Source of the DNA: an uncultured Haloferula sp. | Lineage (GTDB): Bacteria > Verrucomicrobiota > Verrucomicrobiia > Verrucomicrobiales > Akkermansiaceae | Direction of reading: 5' to 3' | Length of the DNA: 64,000 bases | NCBI GenBank assembly: GCA_965652295.1 | Contig: CBFGTS010000016.1 | Span: 32,001 to 96,000, forward strand | Part shown: one piece after another, positions 8,612 through 21,912 of the stretch | Layout: the number at the start of each line of letters is the position of its first letter | How positions within the stretch are numbered: position 1 is the stretch's first letter | Notes under the pieces: model-generated | What the model was told of the DNA's origin: nothing | What the model saw: the letters and a program-made list of their open reading frames with translations, nothing else | Database searches by the model: none | Made by a program: the position numbers and the translations under genes

Positions 8612-10966
8612 CTAACGGGAAGCGGATGGCGGCCGGGTTCCCCATTCCGGGTTGGGGGCGGGCCCCATGGTGAACTGGAGATGGGCGGCGTTCATGAGTT
8701 CGTCCCAATACAACCAGCATTGGTCAAGGGTCTCGCCGTCGAGCCGGGCGGACTGGACATACAGGTTCTCCTTGGAGTTGTTCCTCGTCTCGATGACGAG
8801 GGTCTTTCCTGGGCGCAGCTGGATGGTGACCTTCTCGAACAACGGGCTTCCGAGCCCGACAACGGGACGGCTGTCGGTGAGGCCTTTGACGTCGAACAAG
8901 CCGAGCGATGCCATCACGTACCATGCTCCGAGCTGGCCCTGATCCTCATCCTGGCCACGACCGTAGCCGTGAACGGGGTCGGTGCCATAGAAGCGGTCGC
9001 AGATCCTCCGGGTCCACTTCTGGGTGAGCCAGGGCTTGCCGGAGAAATTGAAAAGCCAGCTGATGTGAAGGCAGGGTTGGTTGCCGTGGTTATAAAGGGA
9101 TTGGACTCCGGCGAACGCGTCAATCGTCCGGCCGCCACTGAAATCGTCCTTCTCCGAAACCTCGAAGATGCCGTCCAGACGCTGGTTGAATTCGTCCCTT
9201 CCGACCGCCTCGATCAGCGCGACGGGCTGATGGGGCACGAAGAAGGAGTATTGGACGGCATTGCCCTCCTGAAAGCCGCGCCAGGCTTCGTGAGGGTGGA
9301 ATGGGTCGATGAAGCTTCCGTCAGCGGTCTTCGGGTGGATGTAGCGGTTCTCCGGGTTGAATAGCTGACGCCATCCTTCCGCCAGGCGGCTCAGGTTGGC
9401 GTGGTCGTCCTCGTGTCCGAGGTCGCGTGCCATCTGGGCGGCGGCGAAGGCGCTGAAGCTGTACTCCAGAGTGTGGGACGCGGAGAAGTTCGAGCCGTCC
9501 GCGTCGGTGCGATCTTCCGGGTGAAACGGCACGTAACCGCGCTTCACGAACGCCTCCAGATCCAGCTTTCCAGCTCCGACCGGACGGCCTTTCCAGCCGA
9601 GTTCGTTTTTGCGGACCGCCTCGTAGATCGGCCCGATGTCGCCCTTCAGGATGCCGGTCTGATAGGCACCGGCGATGGCGAGACCAACCATGTTGGTGCC
9701 GACGCCTGAAGCGAAGGAGCTGTTGGCGAAACCATCGCCGAACCAGCCCTTGTCCCGGTAGAGAGTCATCTGCGTGTGGACGAAACTGGAGTACCACTCG
9801 GGATAGCTCAGCGCCCACAGCTGGGTGAGATTCCAATAGGCACCCCAGATCGCGTCGCTGTTGATGAATTGCCGCGTCGGGTCATCCGCGCCTTCGGGGA
9901 AGTGCCCGGTCGTGCCGTCGGGCTTCGGATAGTCGCCGTTGGCGTCACTGGCGACGCCGCGGCCGAGCAAGGCGTGGAAAAGGCCGGTGTAGAATTTCGT
10001 CTTGTTGGCGTGGTTGCCGTCCTCGATGGCGAGGCGTCCGAACGCCCGCCTCCATTCCGCTTGGGCCGCGGCCTTGGCCTGGTCGAAGGAAAGGGTGGCG
10101 GCCTCCGCCAGCAGATTCGCCTTGGCGGCCGCGGTGGAGGTGTAGGAAAGACCGACTTTGATGCCGATTTCCTCGCCCTCGGTGGTGGCGTAGTTCAGTG
10201 CCAGCCCGGCCCCGATGCCTTCCACCGCTTTCCCGCCGTCGAACTCGCCGTCGCGATTGAAGGCGACGATTCCCACCGGCTTCCGGTCGAGGGCACCATG
10301 GAAATACATCGTCACGCTTCCGCCGGGGTCGTAGCGCTCGATGTATTTCGGAGAGGTGCGGACGAAGCCTTCGAAATGCAGATCATCGATCATGCGAACG
10401 GACGCCGCGGTGACCTCACCGCTCTCGCCCTGCTTGTTTCCGATATCCAGGATGATGTGGGCGGAGTCCGCTTCGGGAAACGTGTAGCGGTGAAAGCCCA
10501 CCCGTTTCGTAGCCGTCAGTTCGGCGGTGATGCCGTAGTCGTCCAGATGAACCTGATAGAAGCCCGGTTGCGCGACCTGCTTCCCGCGGGCGAACCGGGA
10601 GCGGTAGCCGCTGGAGGGGGCCGTCAAATCGCCCGGCCGCGTTTGAAGCTCTCCCACCGTCGGCATGAAGCACACGCCGCCGATCTGCCATTCGTGGAAA
10701 TGGACGAAGCCTGCCAGCGAGTCGTGCCGGGAATCGTATCCGACCGCTTCCCAACCGGATGGGTTGCCTTCATGGCCGTTGGTGGACGGTGCCAGCTTCG
10801 CCATGCCGTAGGGCACGGCCGCAGGGGTGTAGAAAAACCAGCGGCTGTGCGCGGTCCCGATCTCGGGATCGACGAACTCAATAGGATCCTGTCCACCCAC
10901 CGCAAGGACGGTCGCCATGAGAAATGATGCGCACAGCGTCGGCATCGGCTTGAGAATGATCGTCAT
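8612..10966 (-). CDS. GH92 alpha-mannosidase
   Basis: 'ELTATKRVGFHRYTF', 'SHTLEYSF', 'FQEGNAVQY', 'YNHGNQP', 'DEDQGQLGAWYV'. Confidence 0.92.
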   Translation of the reverse strand: MTIILKPMPTLCASFLMATVLAVGGQDPIEFVDPEIGTAHSRWFFYTPAAVPYGMAKLAPSTNGHEGNPSGWEAVGYDSRHDSLAGFVHFHEWQIGGVCFMPTVGELQTRPGDLTAPSSGYRSRFARGKQVAQPGFYQVHLDDYGITAELTATKRVGFHRYTFPEADSAHIILDIGNKQGESGEVTAASVRMIDDLHFEGFVRTSPKYIERYDPGGSVTMYFHGALDRKPVGIVAFNRDGEFDGGKAVEGIGAGLALNYATTEGEEIGIKVGLSYTSTAAAKANLLAEAATLSFDQAKAAAQAEWRRAFGRLAIEDGNHANKTKFYTGLFHALLGRGVASDANGDYPKPDGTTGHFPEGADDPTRQFINSDAIWGAYWNLTQLWALSYPEWYSSFVHTQMTLYRDKGWFGDGFANSSFASGVGTNMVGLAIAGAYQTGILKGDIGPIYEAVRKNELGWKGRPVGAGKLDLEAFVKRGYVPFHPEDRTDADGSNFSASHTLEYSFSAFAAAQMARDLGHEDDHANLSRLAEGWRQLFNPENRYIHPKTADGSFIDPFHPHEAWRGFQEGNAVQYSFFVPHQPVALIEAVGRDEFNQRLDGIFEVSEKDDFSGGRTIDAFAGVQSLYNHGNQPCLHISWLFNFSGKPWLTQKWTRRICDRFYGTDPVHGYGRGQDEDQGQLGAWYVMASLGLFDVKGLTDSRPVVGLGSPLFEKVTIQLRPGKTLVIETRNNSKENLYVQSARLDGETLDQCWLYWDELMNAAHLQFTMGPAPNPEWGTRPPSASR

Positions 10967-11000
10967 GTTGGCGTTCGTGCGATGGCTCGCGGGTCAAGAT

Positions 11001-11113
11001 GAAATGTCCATACATTTCGAAGGGGATTCAATGGTTGGAGGTCAACCTCGTCAAGCTAATCCAGATCGGCGGGCGAATTGAGCTTGTCTTCGACCGAAAT
11101 GTAAGAACATTTC
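11001..11113. promoter_or_regulatory. Two GntR/HutC-type operators GAAATGT-N4-ACATTTC in the divergent GH92/PMI promoter
   Basis: GAAATGTCCATACATTTC (11001-11018) and GAAATGTAAGAACATTTC (11096-11113). Both are perfect 7-4-7 palindromes with identical arms. Confidence 0.8.
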
Positions 11114-11155
11114 CGTTTCAGCAGCCCGCATCCTTGGGTCGTCGATTTCCGCAGC

Positions 11156-12910
11156 ATGATGAAGCCCGCCAACTACGACAAGCGACCCATCGTGGCGGTT
11201 TCCGGGATGGAAGACCAGTGTTGGACCGGCTGGGCGAGGATCGTGTCGACGCTCTCCGGGCGTCTGGATGCGGAGGGAGGAAGGGTTCTCGTCGTGGAGT
11301 GTTGCGTCGGTGTTTCGGTGATAGAGCTCGTTGAGGCGATTCGCCTTCACTTCCCGGCGGCGGCTGTCTTCGAAGCCTCGGCTGGCTGGCTTGAGCCCGG
11401 GGAGATCGAAGGCCGGGTCGCACCATTCCTTGGAAAGGATGATCCCGTCTTCGGTTATGTGTCGGCGTTGCGAATGGAGGACTATTTCTCGCCGGAGAAG
11501 CTCGTCTCGATGCGGAGGACGATTGCGGAAACCATCGCGCACCGGCCGGTGGTGGTGGTGGGACCGGGAGCGAGTGTGGTGCATGCCGGGGACGTTCTGG
11601 TTTACGCGGAGATGCCGCGTTGGGAGGCGCAGGGGCGGATGCGGCGGGACGAGATGTCCAACCTCGGAGTCGACAACCGGAAGGAGAAATTGAGCCTCCA
11701 GTACAAACGGGCGTTCTTCAATGACTGGCCGGTGTGCGAGCGTCTCAAGCTCGAGCTGAAGCGCGTCGGATTCCTCTTGGACACCTGCACGGCGGGCGAG
11801 CCGAAGCTCATCTCCAGGCAAGCCGCGGCAGAAGCTTACGAAACCGCGCTTTCGCGCCCGTTCCGCGTGGTGCCCTTCTTCGATCCGGCGCCGTGGGGCG
11901 GTCAATGGATGAAGCGGGTCATGGCCCTGCCTGAGGAGGCTCCGAACTACGGCTGGTGCTTCGATTGCGTCCCGGAGGAAAACAGCATCCTTTTCCGCTT
12001 CGGCGATACAGTGGTGGAACTGCCATCGATGAACGTCGTGTTCTTCGATCCCGTCCGCTTGCTGGGTCCGCGTGTCCATGCGCGCTTCGGCCTCAGCTTC
12101 CCCATCCGCTTCGACCTGCTGGATACCGTCGGCGGGGGTAATCTTTCTTTCCAGGTTCATCCGTTCACGGACTACGCCCAGCGCCACTTCGGGATCCCTT
12201 ACACGCAGGACGAATCCTACTATCTGCTCGCGGCGGAGGAAGACTCGGCTGTCTATCTCGGGCTGAAGGAAGGCGTCGTGCCGGAGGAAATGATCGGCGC
12301 GCTTGAGGCCGCGCGGTCGGAGGGCGTCCGTTTCGACGATACCCGGTTCGTCTGCAAATGGCCGGCGAAGGTCCACGATCACTACCTCATCCCGGCCGGC
12401 ACCTGCCATTGTTCCGGAGCGGGCACGCTGGTGCTCGAAATCAGCGCCACGCCGAACATCTTCACCTTCAAGTTGTGGGATTGGGGCCGGATGGGTCTGG
12501 ACGGCCTGCCCCGCCCGATCAACGTCGGGCGCGGCAAGCTCAACATTGCCTGGGACCGGACGGAGAAGTGGGTGAAACGGGAGCTGGTCAACGCGGTCAC
12601 TGAGATCGCGAGCGGCGATGGCTGGCGCGAGGAACGCACGGGTCTGCATGAGTTGGAGTTCATTGAAACCCGCCGTCACTGGTTCACCGGCACCGTCGAG
12701 CACCACACCGGCGGCGGTGTGAATGTCATCAATCTCATCGAAGGGAAAGAAGCGGTGGTGGAGAGTCCGACGGGCGCCTTCGAGCCTTTCGTGGTGCACT
12801 ACGCCGAAACCTTCATCATTCCGGCCGGCATCGGTGCCTACACCATCCGCCCGTTTGGCGAAGCCGAAGGTACCCGCTGTGCGACACTCAAGGCTTTCGT
12901 CCGAACGTAA
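11156..12910 (+). CDS. Long-form class I mannose-6-phosphate isomerase-like cupin protein
   Basis: 'PAPWGGQW', 'FPIRFDLLD', 'LSFQVHP', 'QDESYY', 'IPAGTCH', 'LEISAT'; extra N-terminal domain of about 220 aa. Confidence 0.8.
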   Translation: MMKPANYDKRPIVAVSGMEDQCWTGWARIVSTLSGRLDAEGGRVLVVECCVGVSVIELVEAIRLHFPAAAVFEASAGWLEPGEIEGRVAPFLGKDDPVFGYVSALRMEDYFSPEKLVSMRRTIAETIAHRPVVVVGPGASVVHAGDVLVYAEMPRWEAQGRMRRDEMSNLGVDNRKEKLSLQYKRAFFNDWPVCERLKLELKRVGFLLDTCTAGEPKLISRQAAAEAYETALSRPFRVVPFFDPAPWGGQWMKRVMALPEEAPNYGWCFDCVPEENSILFRFGDTVVELPSMNVVFFDPVRLLGPRVHARFGLSFPIRFDLLDTVGGGNLSFQVHPFTDYAQRHFGIPYTQDESYYLLAAEEDSAVYLGLKEGVVPEEMIGALEAARSEGVRFDDTRFVCKWPAKVHDHYLIPAGTCHCSGAGTLVLEISATPNIFTFKLWDWGRMGLDGLPRPINVGRGKLNIAWDRTEKWVKRELVNAVTEIASGDGWREERTGLHELEFIETRRHWFTGTVEHHTGGGVNVINLIEGKEAVVESPTGAFEPFVVHYAETFIIPAGIGAYTIRPFGEAEGTRCATLKAFVRT

Positions 12911-12918
12911 CCCGAGCC

Positions 12919-14268
12919 ATGTCCGCCCCACGGAAATCCCCGATGAGCCGTTTGTTGCTCTTGAGTGCCCTGACTTCGTCGATCGGTTCGTTCCTGTTCG
13001 GCTTCGACACCGCGGTCATCGCGGGGACGACTTCATCGTTGCGGGAAGTTTTCGCCCTCAGCGACTCCCAGGTCGGCTTCGCCGTTTCCTCAGCCCTTTT
13101 CGGGGCATTGTTCGGCGCGGCGGCGGTGGGGAAACCCTGCGAACGGTTCGGCCGGGTGAAGACCTTGTTCGTGTTGGCGGTGCTTTATCTGGTGTCCGTC
13201 GTCGGCTGTGCGGGGGCCTGGGATGTGAACTCGCTGATGATCTTCCGTTTTGTCGGAGGACTCGCCGTGGGTGGTTCATCGGTCGTTTCGCCGATGTACA
13301 TCACGGAGATCACACCTCCTTCGCGCCGGGGACTGCTGGTGGCGATCAGCCAGCTCAACATCGTGGCCGGCATTCTCGCCGCGCTGGTTTCCAACTATAT
13401 CATCGCGGAAACCCTGGGGATGGCCCCCGAAGGGCATGCGTGGCGCTGGATGTTCGGCGCGGAGGCCTTGCCCGCCCTGCTGTTCCTCATTTCCGTGCTG
13501 CTCATCCCGGAAAGCCCGCGCTGGTTGGCTCATCGAGGCTGTCACGAACAAGCTCTCACCACGCTACGACGGCTGGGCTACCCTGACGGCGAAGGCGACC
13601 TTGCCCGCATCGAGGCATCGTACCATGGCGGGGAAGCGGCCCGCGAATCCCTTCTCCAGAAGCGCCATCTCAAACCCTTGCTGTTGGTCTTCGCCCTTGC
13701 GGCGTTCAACCAGTTTGATGGCATCAATGCCATTCTGTACTACGTCACCGATATCTTCCGGATGGCTGGCTTCGCCGAAACGGACGCCTTCAAACAATCC
13801 GCCGTGGTCGGCGCGGTGAACCTTGTCTTCACGGTCGTGGGCATGGCGCTGATCGACCGCGTCGGCCGCAGGCTGCTGCTGCTGGCCGGTTCCATCACCT
13901 TCATCCTTTCCCACGCGCTCGCGGCGTGGGTATTTCTCAGCGGAAGCGGCGGTTGGCTCGCAGTGGTCGCCGCCGGTGGCATCGTCGCTTCCCACGCCTA
14001 TTCCCAGGGCGCGGTGATCTGGGTCTGCATCAACGAACTGCTGCCGAACGCCATCCGTGCCGCCGGGGCATCGGCGGCCTGTTTCGTCCTCTGGGGGCTT
14101 GCGATCGTTGTCAGCACGGCGTTTCCCATCATGATCTCGGTCTGGGGCGGCTTCGTGTTCCTGATTTTCGCCGCGATGATGGCGATCCAGTTCTTCGTCG
14201 TCTGGGGATTCATGCCCGAGACGAAAGGTCGCTCTCTCGAGGAGATCGAGCGTTCGCTGAGCGGTTGA
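12919..14268 (+). CDS. MFS sugar porter (SP family)
   Basis: 'FLFGFDTAVIAG', 'PMYITEI.P...RG', 'PESPRWL', 'DRVGRR', 'PETKGRSLEEI'. Confidence 0.95.
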   Translation: MSAPRKSPMSRLLLLSALTSSIGSFLFGFDTAVIAGTTSSLREVFALSDSQVGFAVSSALFGALFGAAAVGKPCERFGRVKTLFVLAVLYLVSVVGCAGAWDVNSLMIFRFVGGLAVGGSSVVSPMYITEITPPSRRGLLVAISQLNIVAGILAALVSNYIIAETLGMAPEGHAWRWMFGAEALPALLFLISVLLIPESPRWLAHRGCHEQALTTLRRLGYPDGEGDLARIEASYHGGEAARESLLQKRHLKPLLLVFALAAFNQFDGINAILYYVTDIFRMAGFAETDAFKQSAVVGAVNLVFTVVGMALIDRVGRRLLLLAGSITFILSHALAAWVFLSGSGGWLAVVAAGGIVASHAYSQGAVIWVCINELLPNAIRAAGASAACFVLWGLAIVVSTAFPIMISVWGGFVFLIFAAMMAIQFFVVWGFMPETKGRSLEEIERSLSG

Positions 14269-14333
14269 GTTTCCCGACCCTGGTGGGAACATTTGGCTCG
14301 GCGTCGAATCCTCCGTATGAACCATCGCCCCGA

Positions 14334-15065
14334 ATGACGATCGATCCCAGCAGTCCGGTGCCGCTCCACGCCCAGGTGGAGAGCCTGCTGCGTGAGATGA
14401 TCAAGCAGCCGAAGTACCAACAGGGAGAGCTGCTGCCGCCGGAGGCAAGAATCGCCGAACAACTGGAGGTCAGCCGCAATACCGTGCGTGCGGCCATTTC
14501 CCGGCTGGTGCAGGAAGGGGTGTTGGAAAGGAGGGCCGGCCGCGGCACCCGTTACGTCCATGAGCCGCTGCGGACGAGCTTGAAGAGCTGGCCGAGTTTC
14601 AGCCGCGAGATGAAGCAAAAGGGTATCGAGGTGTCCGTCTTCTCGCTGAATGCCGAGCTGCTTTCGCCTCCAGATGAAATCGTGCGAGCGCTCCATCTTT
14701 CCGAAGACGAGAGGAAAGGGCGGATTCTCAAGATGGAGCGGATCCGGGGATACCATGATGTACCCGCCGTGTATTCGATCTCGTGGTTCCATCCGAGGAC
14801 CGGTCTCCAGGTCGCCGACGATTTCTCCCGGCCTTTGTACCAATTGATCCACGCCAAGAGCGGTCTGGCCGCCGACTCATCCGAGGAAGAGATCTCGGCG
14901 GCTGTGGCGGACCGCGCGCTTGGTGAAAGGCTCTGCTGCGAGGCGGGGGACGCGGTTCTCGTCCGCAGGCGCATCGTGCGCGATCCGGCGAGGAAGGAGA
15001 TCGAATACAACCTGAACTTTTACCGGGCCGATCGTTTTTCCTACGGATTGACGCTTCAGAAATAG
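14334..15065 (+). CDS. GntR family, HutC subfamily (UTRA) transcriptional regulator
   Basis: 'PLHAQVE..LR', 'LPPE..IAEQLEVSRNTVRAAISRLVQEGVLERRAGRGT'; UTRA tail 'FYRADRFSY'. Confidence 0.93.
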   Translation: MTIDPSSPVPLHAQVESLLREMIKQPKYQQGELLPPEARIAEQLEVSRNTVRAAISRLVQEGVLERRAGRGTRYVHEPLRTSLKSWPSFSREMKQKGIEVSVFSLNAELLSPPDEIVRALHLSEDERKGRILKMERIRGYHDVPAVYSISWFHPRTGLQVADDFSRPLYQLIHAKSGLAADSSEEEISAAVADRALGERLCCEAGDAVLVRRRIVRDPARKEIEYNLNFYRADRFSYGLTLQK

Positions 15066-15106
15066 GACTCTCTTTCAGGAGAGCGGGCTTTATCGGCGCT
15101 CCCTTC

Positions 15107-17539
15107 CTACCAGGCTGGATTGCCGCGATCGTCATACGGCAGCCATAGTAGGGCCACGCGGTCGACCTGGACCTGGGTGCGGGAGGGTTTGAGGACCTCG
15201 ATGTCGAGATCGAGAGCTTCGGGAGCGAAGCTGCGATCGAGCTCGGCGATATCGGCCTGGAGTTCTTCTTCAAGCGCCTTCATGTCCGCCTCGATGGCCT
15301 CCACCTTGTCTTCGGCCAGGCCGATGTCCCGGTGCTGCTGGAAAGCGCGGCTGGCGCGGGAGACGGAGGTCCGGGCGCTGCGGCGTCGGCCGCCGAGCAC
15401 GCCGCCGAGGAGCGAGCCGAAGACGCTCATGCCGGCTTCGAGCTTCGCCGTATTGGCCTGCCCTTTTTCGCGCTCGACCGCGGCCTCGGCGGTGCGAAGA
15501 CGGTTCTCCAGGGTCTTGAGCTTGGACTCGGTCTTGTCGCGGAGCTTCTCCACGACTTCATCGCGCGCCTCGCGGGCGGCGTGGGAAAGGCGGACGCGGA
15601 AGTCGGCCTCGGATTCGCCGAGCCGCGAATATTGCCTGAGTTCCCGGCTGCAGAAAATTTCGGCCCGCTCGTGGTGGTAGAGCCAATCGTCGAACTCCTT
15701 GGCGACGCCCTTGTAGTTGTCGGCGTTCATGGCGAAGCCGGGCAGTTCCGCGAAGCCGGCACCTTCGCCGGGCTGGTGGCTGAGTTCCTCCGGCTTGAGC
15801 GGAGGAGGAACTTCGCGATCCCAGTCGATGCCGGTGGCGGTGACGGGATTGACCTTGCGGACGGTGCGGGAGCCTTCGACCCCGGCCTTGGCGGAGGAAA
15901 AACGGACGGTGCCGACGCGCAGCAGGTGAGGCCGGTAGGTGACGTCGCGGGTGGAGCCGGCGACCGGCGCGAAGTGCTCGATGATGCCGGGGCCGACGAT
16001 GGGGCGGGCCGAGGACGGATGGACGGAGGTGGGTGGTCCCATGGACATGGGGTTCGTGGAGGGGGACCGGGCTGGTCCCGCCACGGCCTGCGACGGGCCG
16101 GCGCAGCCACTGAACGCATCCCGCTTCGGATCCATCAGCTTTTTGATCGACCCGCGGGTGAGGGGGCCGGCGAGGTAGCTCATGACCCAGCGGACGTGGA
16201 AAAGCTCCGGCGCGTCCGCGTGGACGTTGTTGAGGAGGAAAACGCGGCTGCCGAGGCCGGAGAGGAGTTTCTCCATGTTGGCGCGGTTGAACTGCGAGTT
16301 CTGCGCGGCGGCGGCACCTTCGAGTCCGTCGAGCACGCGCAGCTTGTCGCGCTCCGTTTGCAGGCGGCCGAGGAACCAGGTGCCGATGTTCGACAGCGCT
16401 TTGTAGTCGAGATCGACCGGATTCTGCGTGGCGAGCAGGCAGCCGAGGCCGAAGGCGCGGCCCTGCTTGAGCATGGTCATCATCGGCTTCTTGCTCGGCG
16501 GATTGGCCGTGGGCGGGAGGTAGCCGTAGATTTCATCCATGTAGAGCAGCGCCCGCAACGAGGTCGTACCGCTCTGTGTGCGCATCCAGCCAAGCATCTG
16601 GTTGAGCAGCAGGCTGACGAAGAACATCCGCTCGCTGTCGGAAAGGTGGGCGATGCTGAAAATGGAGACACGCGGCTTGCCGTCGGGGGCGTGCAGCATG
16701 CTGGCAATGTCGAGCGGCGGGCCTTCGAGCCAGGTCTGGAAACCGGGCGAGGCGAGCATGGCGTTGAACTTCAGCGCCAGGCTCTGGCGGTCGCTGGTGG
16801 AAATGAAGCTCTCCAAATCGAGCACGCCGACTTTGTCGAAAGGTGGCTTCTGGAGGTGGCGGATCAGGCTTTCCAGTGAAAGATCGCGGCCGCCACGCCA
16901 TTCGTGGCTGAAGACGTTGGCGAGCAGGATGGCCTCGGGCGATTGGATTGGGTCGGCATCGACGCCGACCAGCGACAGCAGTGAGGCGACGGTCGACTCG
17001 ATGCGTTCGCCGAACAGCTCGCCATCGTCGACGATCTCGAAAGGCGGCGCGGCGAGCGAGGCGAGGATGGAGACCGGGATGCCGGCGTTGGAGCCGGGGG
17101 TGAAAATGTTGACGTCCACGCTGTCGCGCAGCGTCCGGATGCGCTCGGGAGTCTGGCCCCAGTCAGCGAGGCCGTTCTTCCACATGTGGGCGGTTTTCTC
17201 CGCGAACTCATCGGGAGTGACGCCCTTTCGCGTGGCGTCGTCCTCGTTGATCCAAGGGTGGAAATCGGACGCGGCGAGATCGGGAAAGGTGAGGAGGAGG
17301 TTGGCGATGTCGCCTTTGGGATCGATGACGATCGCCGGGATGTGGTCGATGGCGGCTTCTTCCAGCAGGGCCATGCAGAGGCCGGTTTTCCCGGAGCCGG
17401 TCATGCCGAGGACGACGCCGTGGGTGACGAGGTCCCTTGAGTCGTAAAGCACGAGATCCTCGGTCGGCTTGGCGGCCTCGGGATCGAAGGTTTTCCCGAG
17501 GTAGAACGAGCCGAGCTTTTCGTAGGTGGAGGCGTCCAT
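15107..17539 (-). CDS. HerA/FtsK-superfamily (DUF87/DUF853-like) ATPase with C-terminal coiled coil
   Basis: 'THGVVLGMTGSGKT' (Walker A), 'IDPKGD', 'LLYMDEI' (Walker B), 'KQGRAFGLG', 'LATQNP'. Confidence 0.85.
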   Translation of the reverse strand: MDASTYEKLGSFYLGKTFDPEAAKPTEDLVLYDSRDLVTHGVVLGMTGSGKTGLCMALLEEAAIDHIPAIVIDPKGDIANLLLTFPDLAASDFHPWINEDDATRKGVTPDEFAEKTAHMWKNGLADWGQTPERIRTLRDSVDVNIFTPGSNAGIPVSILASLAAPPFEIVDDGELFGERIESTVASLLSLVGVDADPIQSPEAILLANVFSHEWRGGRDLSLESLIRHLQKPPFDKVGVLDLESFISTSDRQSLALKFNAMLASPGFQTWLEGPPLDIASMLHAPDGKPRVSIFSIAHLSDSERMFFVSLLLNQMLGWMRTQSGTTSLRALLYMDEIYGYLPPTANPPSKKPMMTMLKQGRAFGLGCLLATQNPVDLDYKALSNIGTWFLGRLQTERDKLRVLDGLEGAAAAQNSQFNRANMEKLLSGLGSRVFLLNNVHADAPELFHVRWVMSYLAGPLTRGSIKKLMDPKRDAFSGCAGPSQAVAGPARSPSTNPMSMGPPTSVHPSSARPIVGPGIIEHFAPVAGSTRDVTYRPHLLRVGTVRFSSAKAGVEGSRTVRKVNPVTATGIDWDREVPPPLKPEELSHQPGEGAGFAELPGFAMNADNYKGVAKEFDDWLYHHERAEIFCSRELRQYSRLGESEADFRVRLSHAAREARDEVVEKLRDKTESKLKTLENRLRTAEAAVEREKGQANTAKLEAGMSVFGSLLGGVLGGRRRSARTSVSRASRAFQQHRDIGLAEDKVEAIEADMKALEEELQADIAELDRSFAPEALDLDIEVLKPSRTQVQVDRVALLWLPYDDRGNPAW

Positions 17540-17599
17540 TTCCGGCGCAGGATGGACGTTGCAAGGACGGAGTGCGAAGCAGAAATGCAGGCTGGCGGG

Positions 17600-20739
<3,140 letters not shown>

Positions 20740-20743
<4 letters not shown>

Positions 20744-21912
20744 TTCGCGGAGGGCGCGGGCGTTTCTGCGGGCTTCGGATTCGCCGGCGCGCCGGGGCGG
20801 GCGGAGGTCAGGCCGGAGACGAGGACGCGGGTCCCGGCGGGCAGCTCGCTCTCGATGACGCGCATGTCGCCGTGTTTAGGGCCCAGGGTGACGGTTCGGG
20901 AACGGACGATGTTCTCCTCATCGACGGTAAGCACCGTAGTAAGGTCCTGCTGCGACCGGACCGCCACTTCCGGGACGAGCGTGGCGGTGTATTCGCCGCG
21001 GCCGGGAAGGCGGAGCTTGGCGAACATGCCGGGGAGCAGGAAGCCGTCGTCATTGGGGAAAACGGCACGGGCGCGCAGGGTGGCGGTGGCGGCATCGAAG
21101 GCGTTGTTGACGAAGTCGATGTGACCCTTCCGCGGAAAGCCTTCGTCGCCGTCGAGGCTCATCTCGACAGGCACTTTGCGGCTGCGGGCGGACTCGCGTT
21201 TGCCTTCCTGATCGAGGCGCAGGTATTTGAGCACGGTGGATTCGTCGGCATTGATGCGGCAGTAGATCGGCTGGGTGGAGACGATGGTGGTGAGCAGGGT
21301 GGATTGAGCGGTGCCGCCGCTGATGAGGTTGCCGATGGAGACGTAGTTGTCGGAAATGAGGCCGTTGATCGGCGACCGGACTTCGGTGTAGCCGAGGTTG
21401 AGGCGTGCGGTTTCGACCTGGGCCTCGGCGGCCTGCACACGGGCGCTGGCTTCGGCCAGCGTGCCTTGGCGTATATCGACCTCCTCCTTGGCGATCGCGT
21501 TGCGTTCCAGGAGCTGCCGGGCGCGGTCGAAGTTCGATCCGGCGAGCTTTTCCGACGCGCGGGCCTGCTTGAGCTCGGCCTCGGCGGCCTTCAGCGCGGC
21601 TTCGAACGGGGCCCGGTCGAGGGTGAAGAGCAGGTCGCCCTCCTCGACCTTCTGACCATCGGTGAAGTGAATTTCCTCCAGCAGCCCGCTGACCCGGGCG
21701 CGCACTTCGACGCTGTCGATGGCTTCGAGCCGGCCGTTGTATTCGTCCCACGAGACGATGTCCTGCCGGACGGGATGTACGAACTCCACCGTAGGTGGGG
21801 GTGGCGCGGATTTCTGCCGGGTCTCCTTTTTCGAACAGGAGGTGGCGAGAAGCGCGAGGAGGATCGTGGAAAGGACGGGATACGGGGACATGGCGGAGAG
21901 GAAGGGGTTCAC
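20740..21912 (-). CDS. RND efflux periplasmic adaptor (MFP), lipoprotein
   Basis: Lipobox 'LATSC'; 'VEVRARVSG', 'LNLGYTEVRSPING'. Start is 21912 (GTG) or 21891 (ATG). Confidence 0.95.

Noticed and set aside
13926..14333. Extended N-termini in the ORF track (GntR, TetR, PEP-CTERM, GH43, thioredoxin and others)
   Set aside because: The extensions overlap neighbouring genes or promoters. Downstream starts give proper signal peptides or domain boundaries.
15107..17539. HerA-based anti-phage system
   Set aside because: No adjacent effector (Sir2, nuclease, DUF4297); the neighbours are metabolic and efflux genes.
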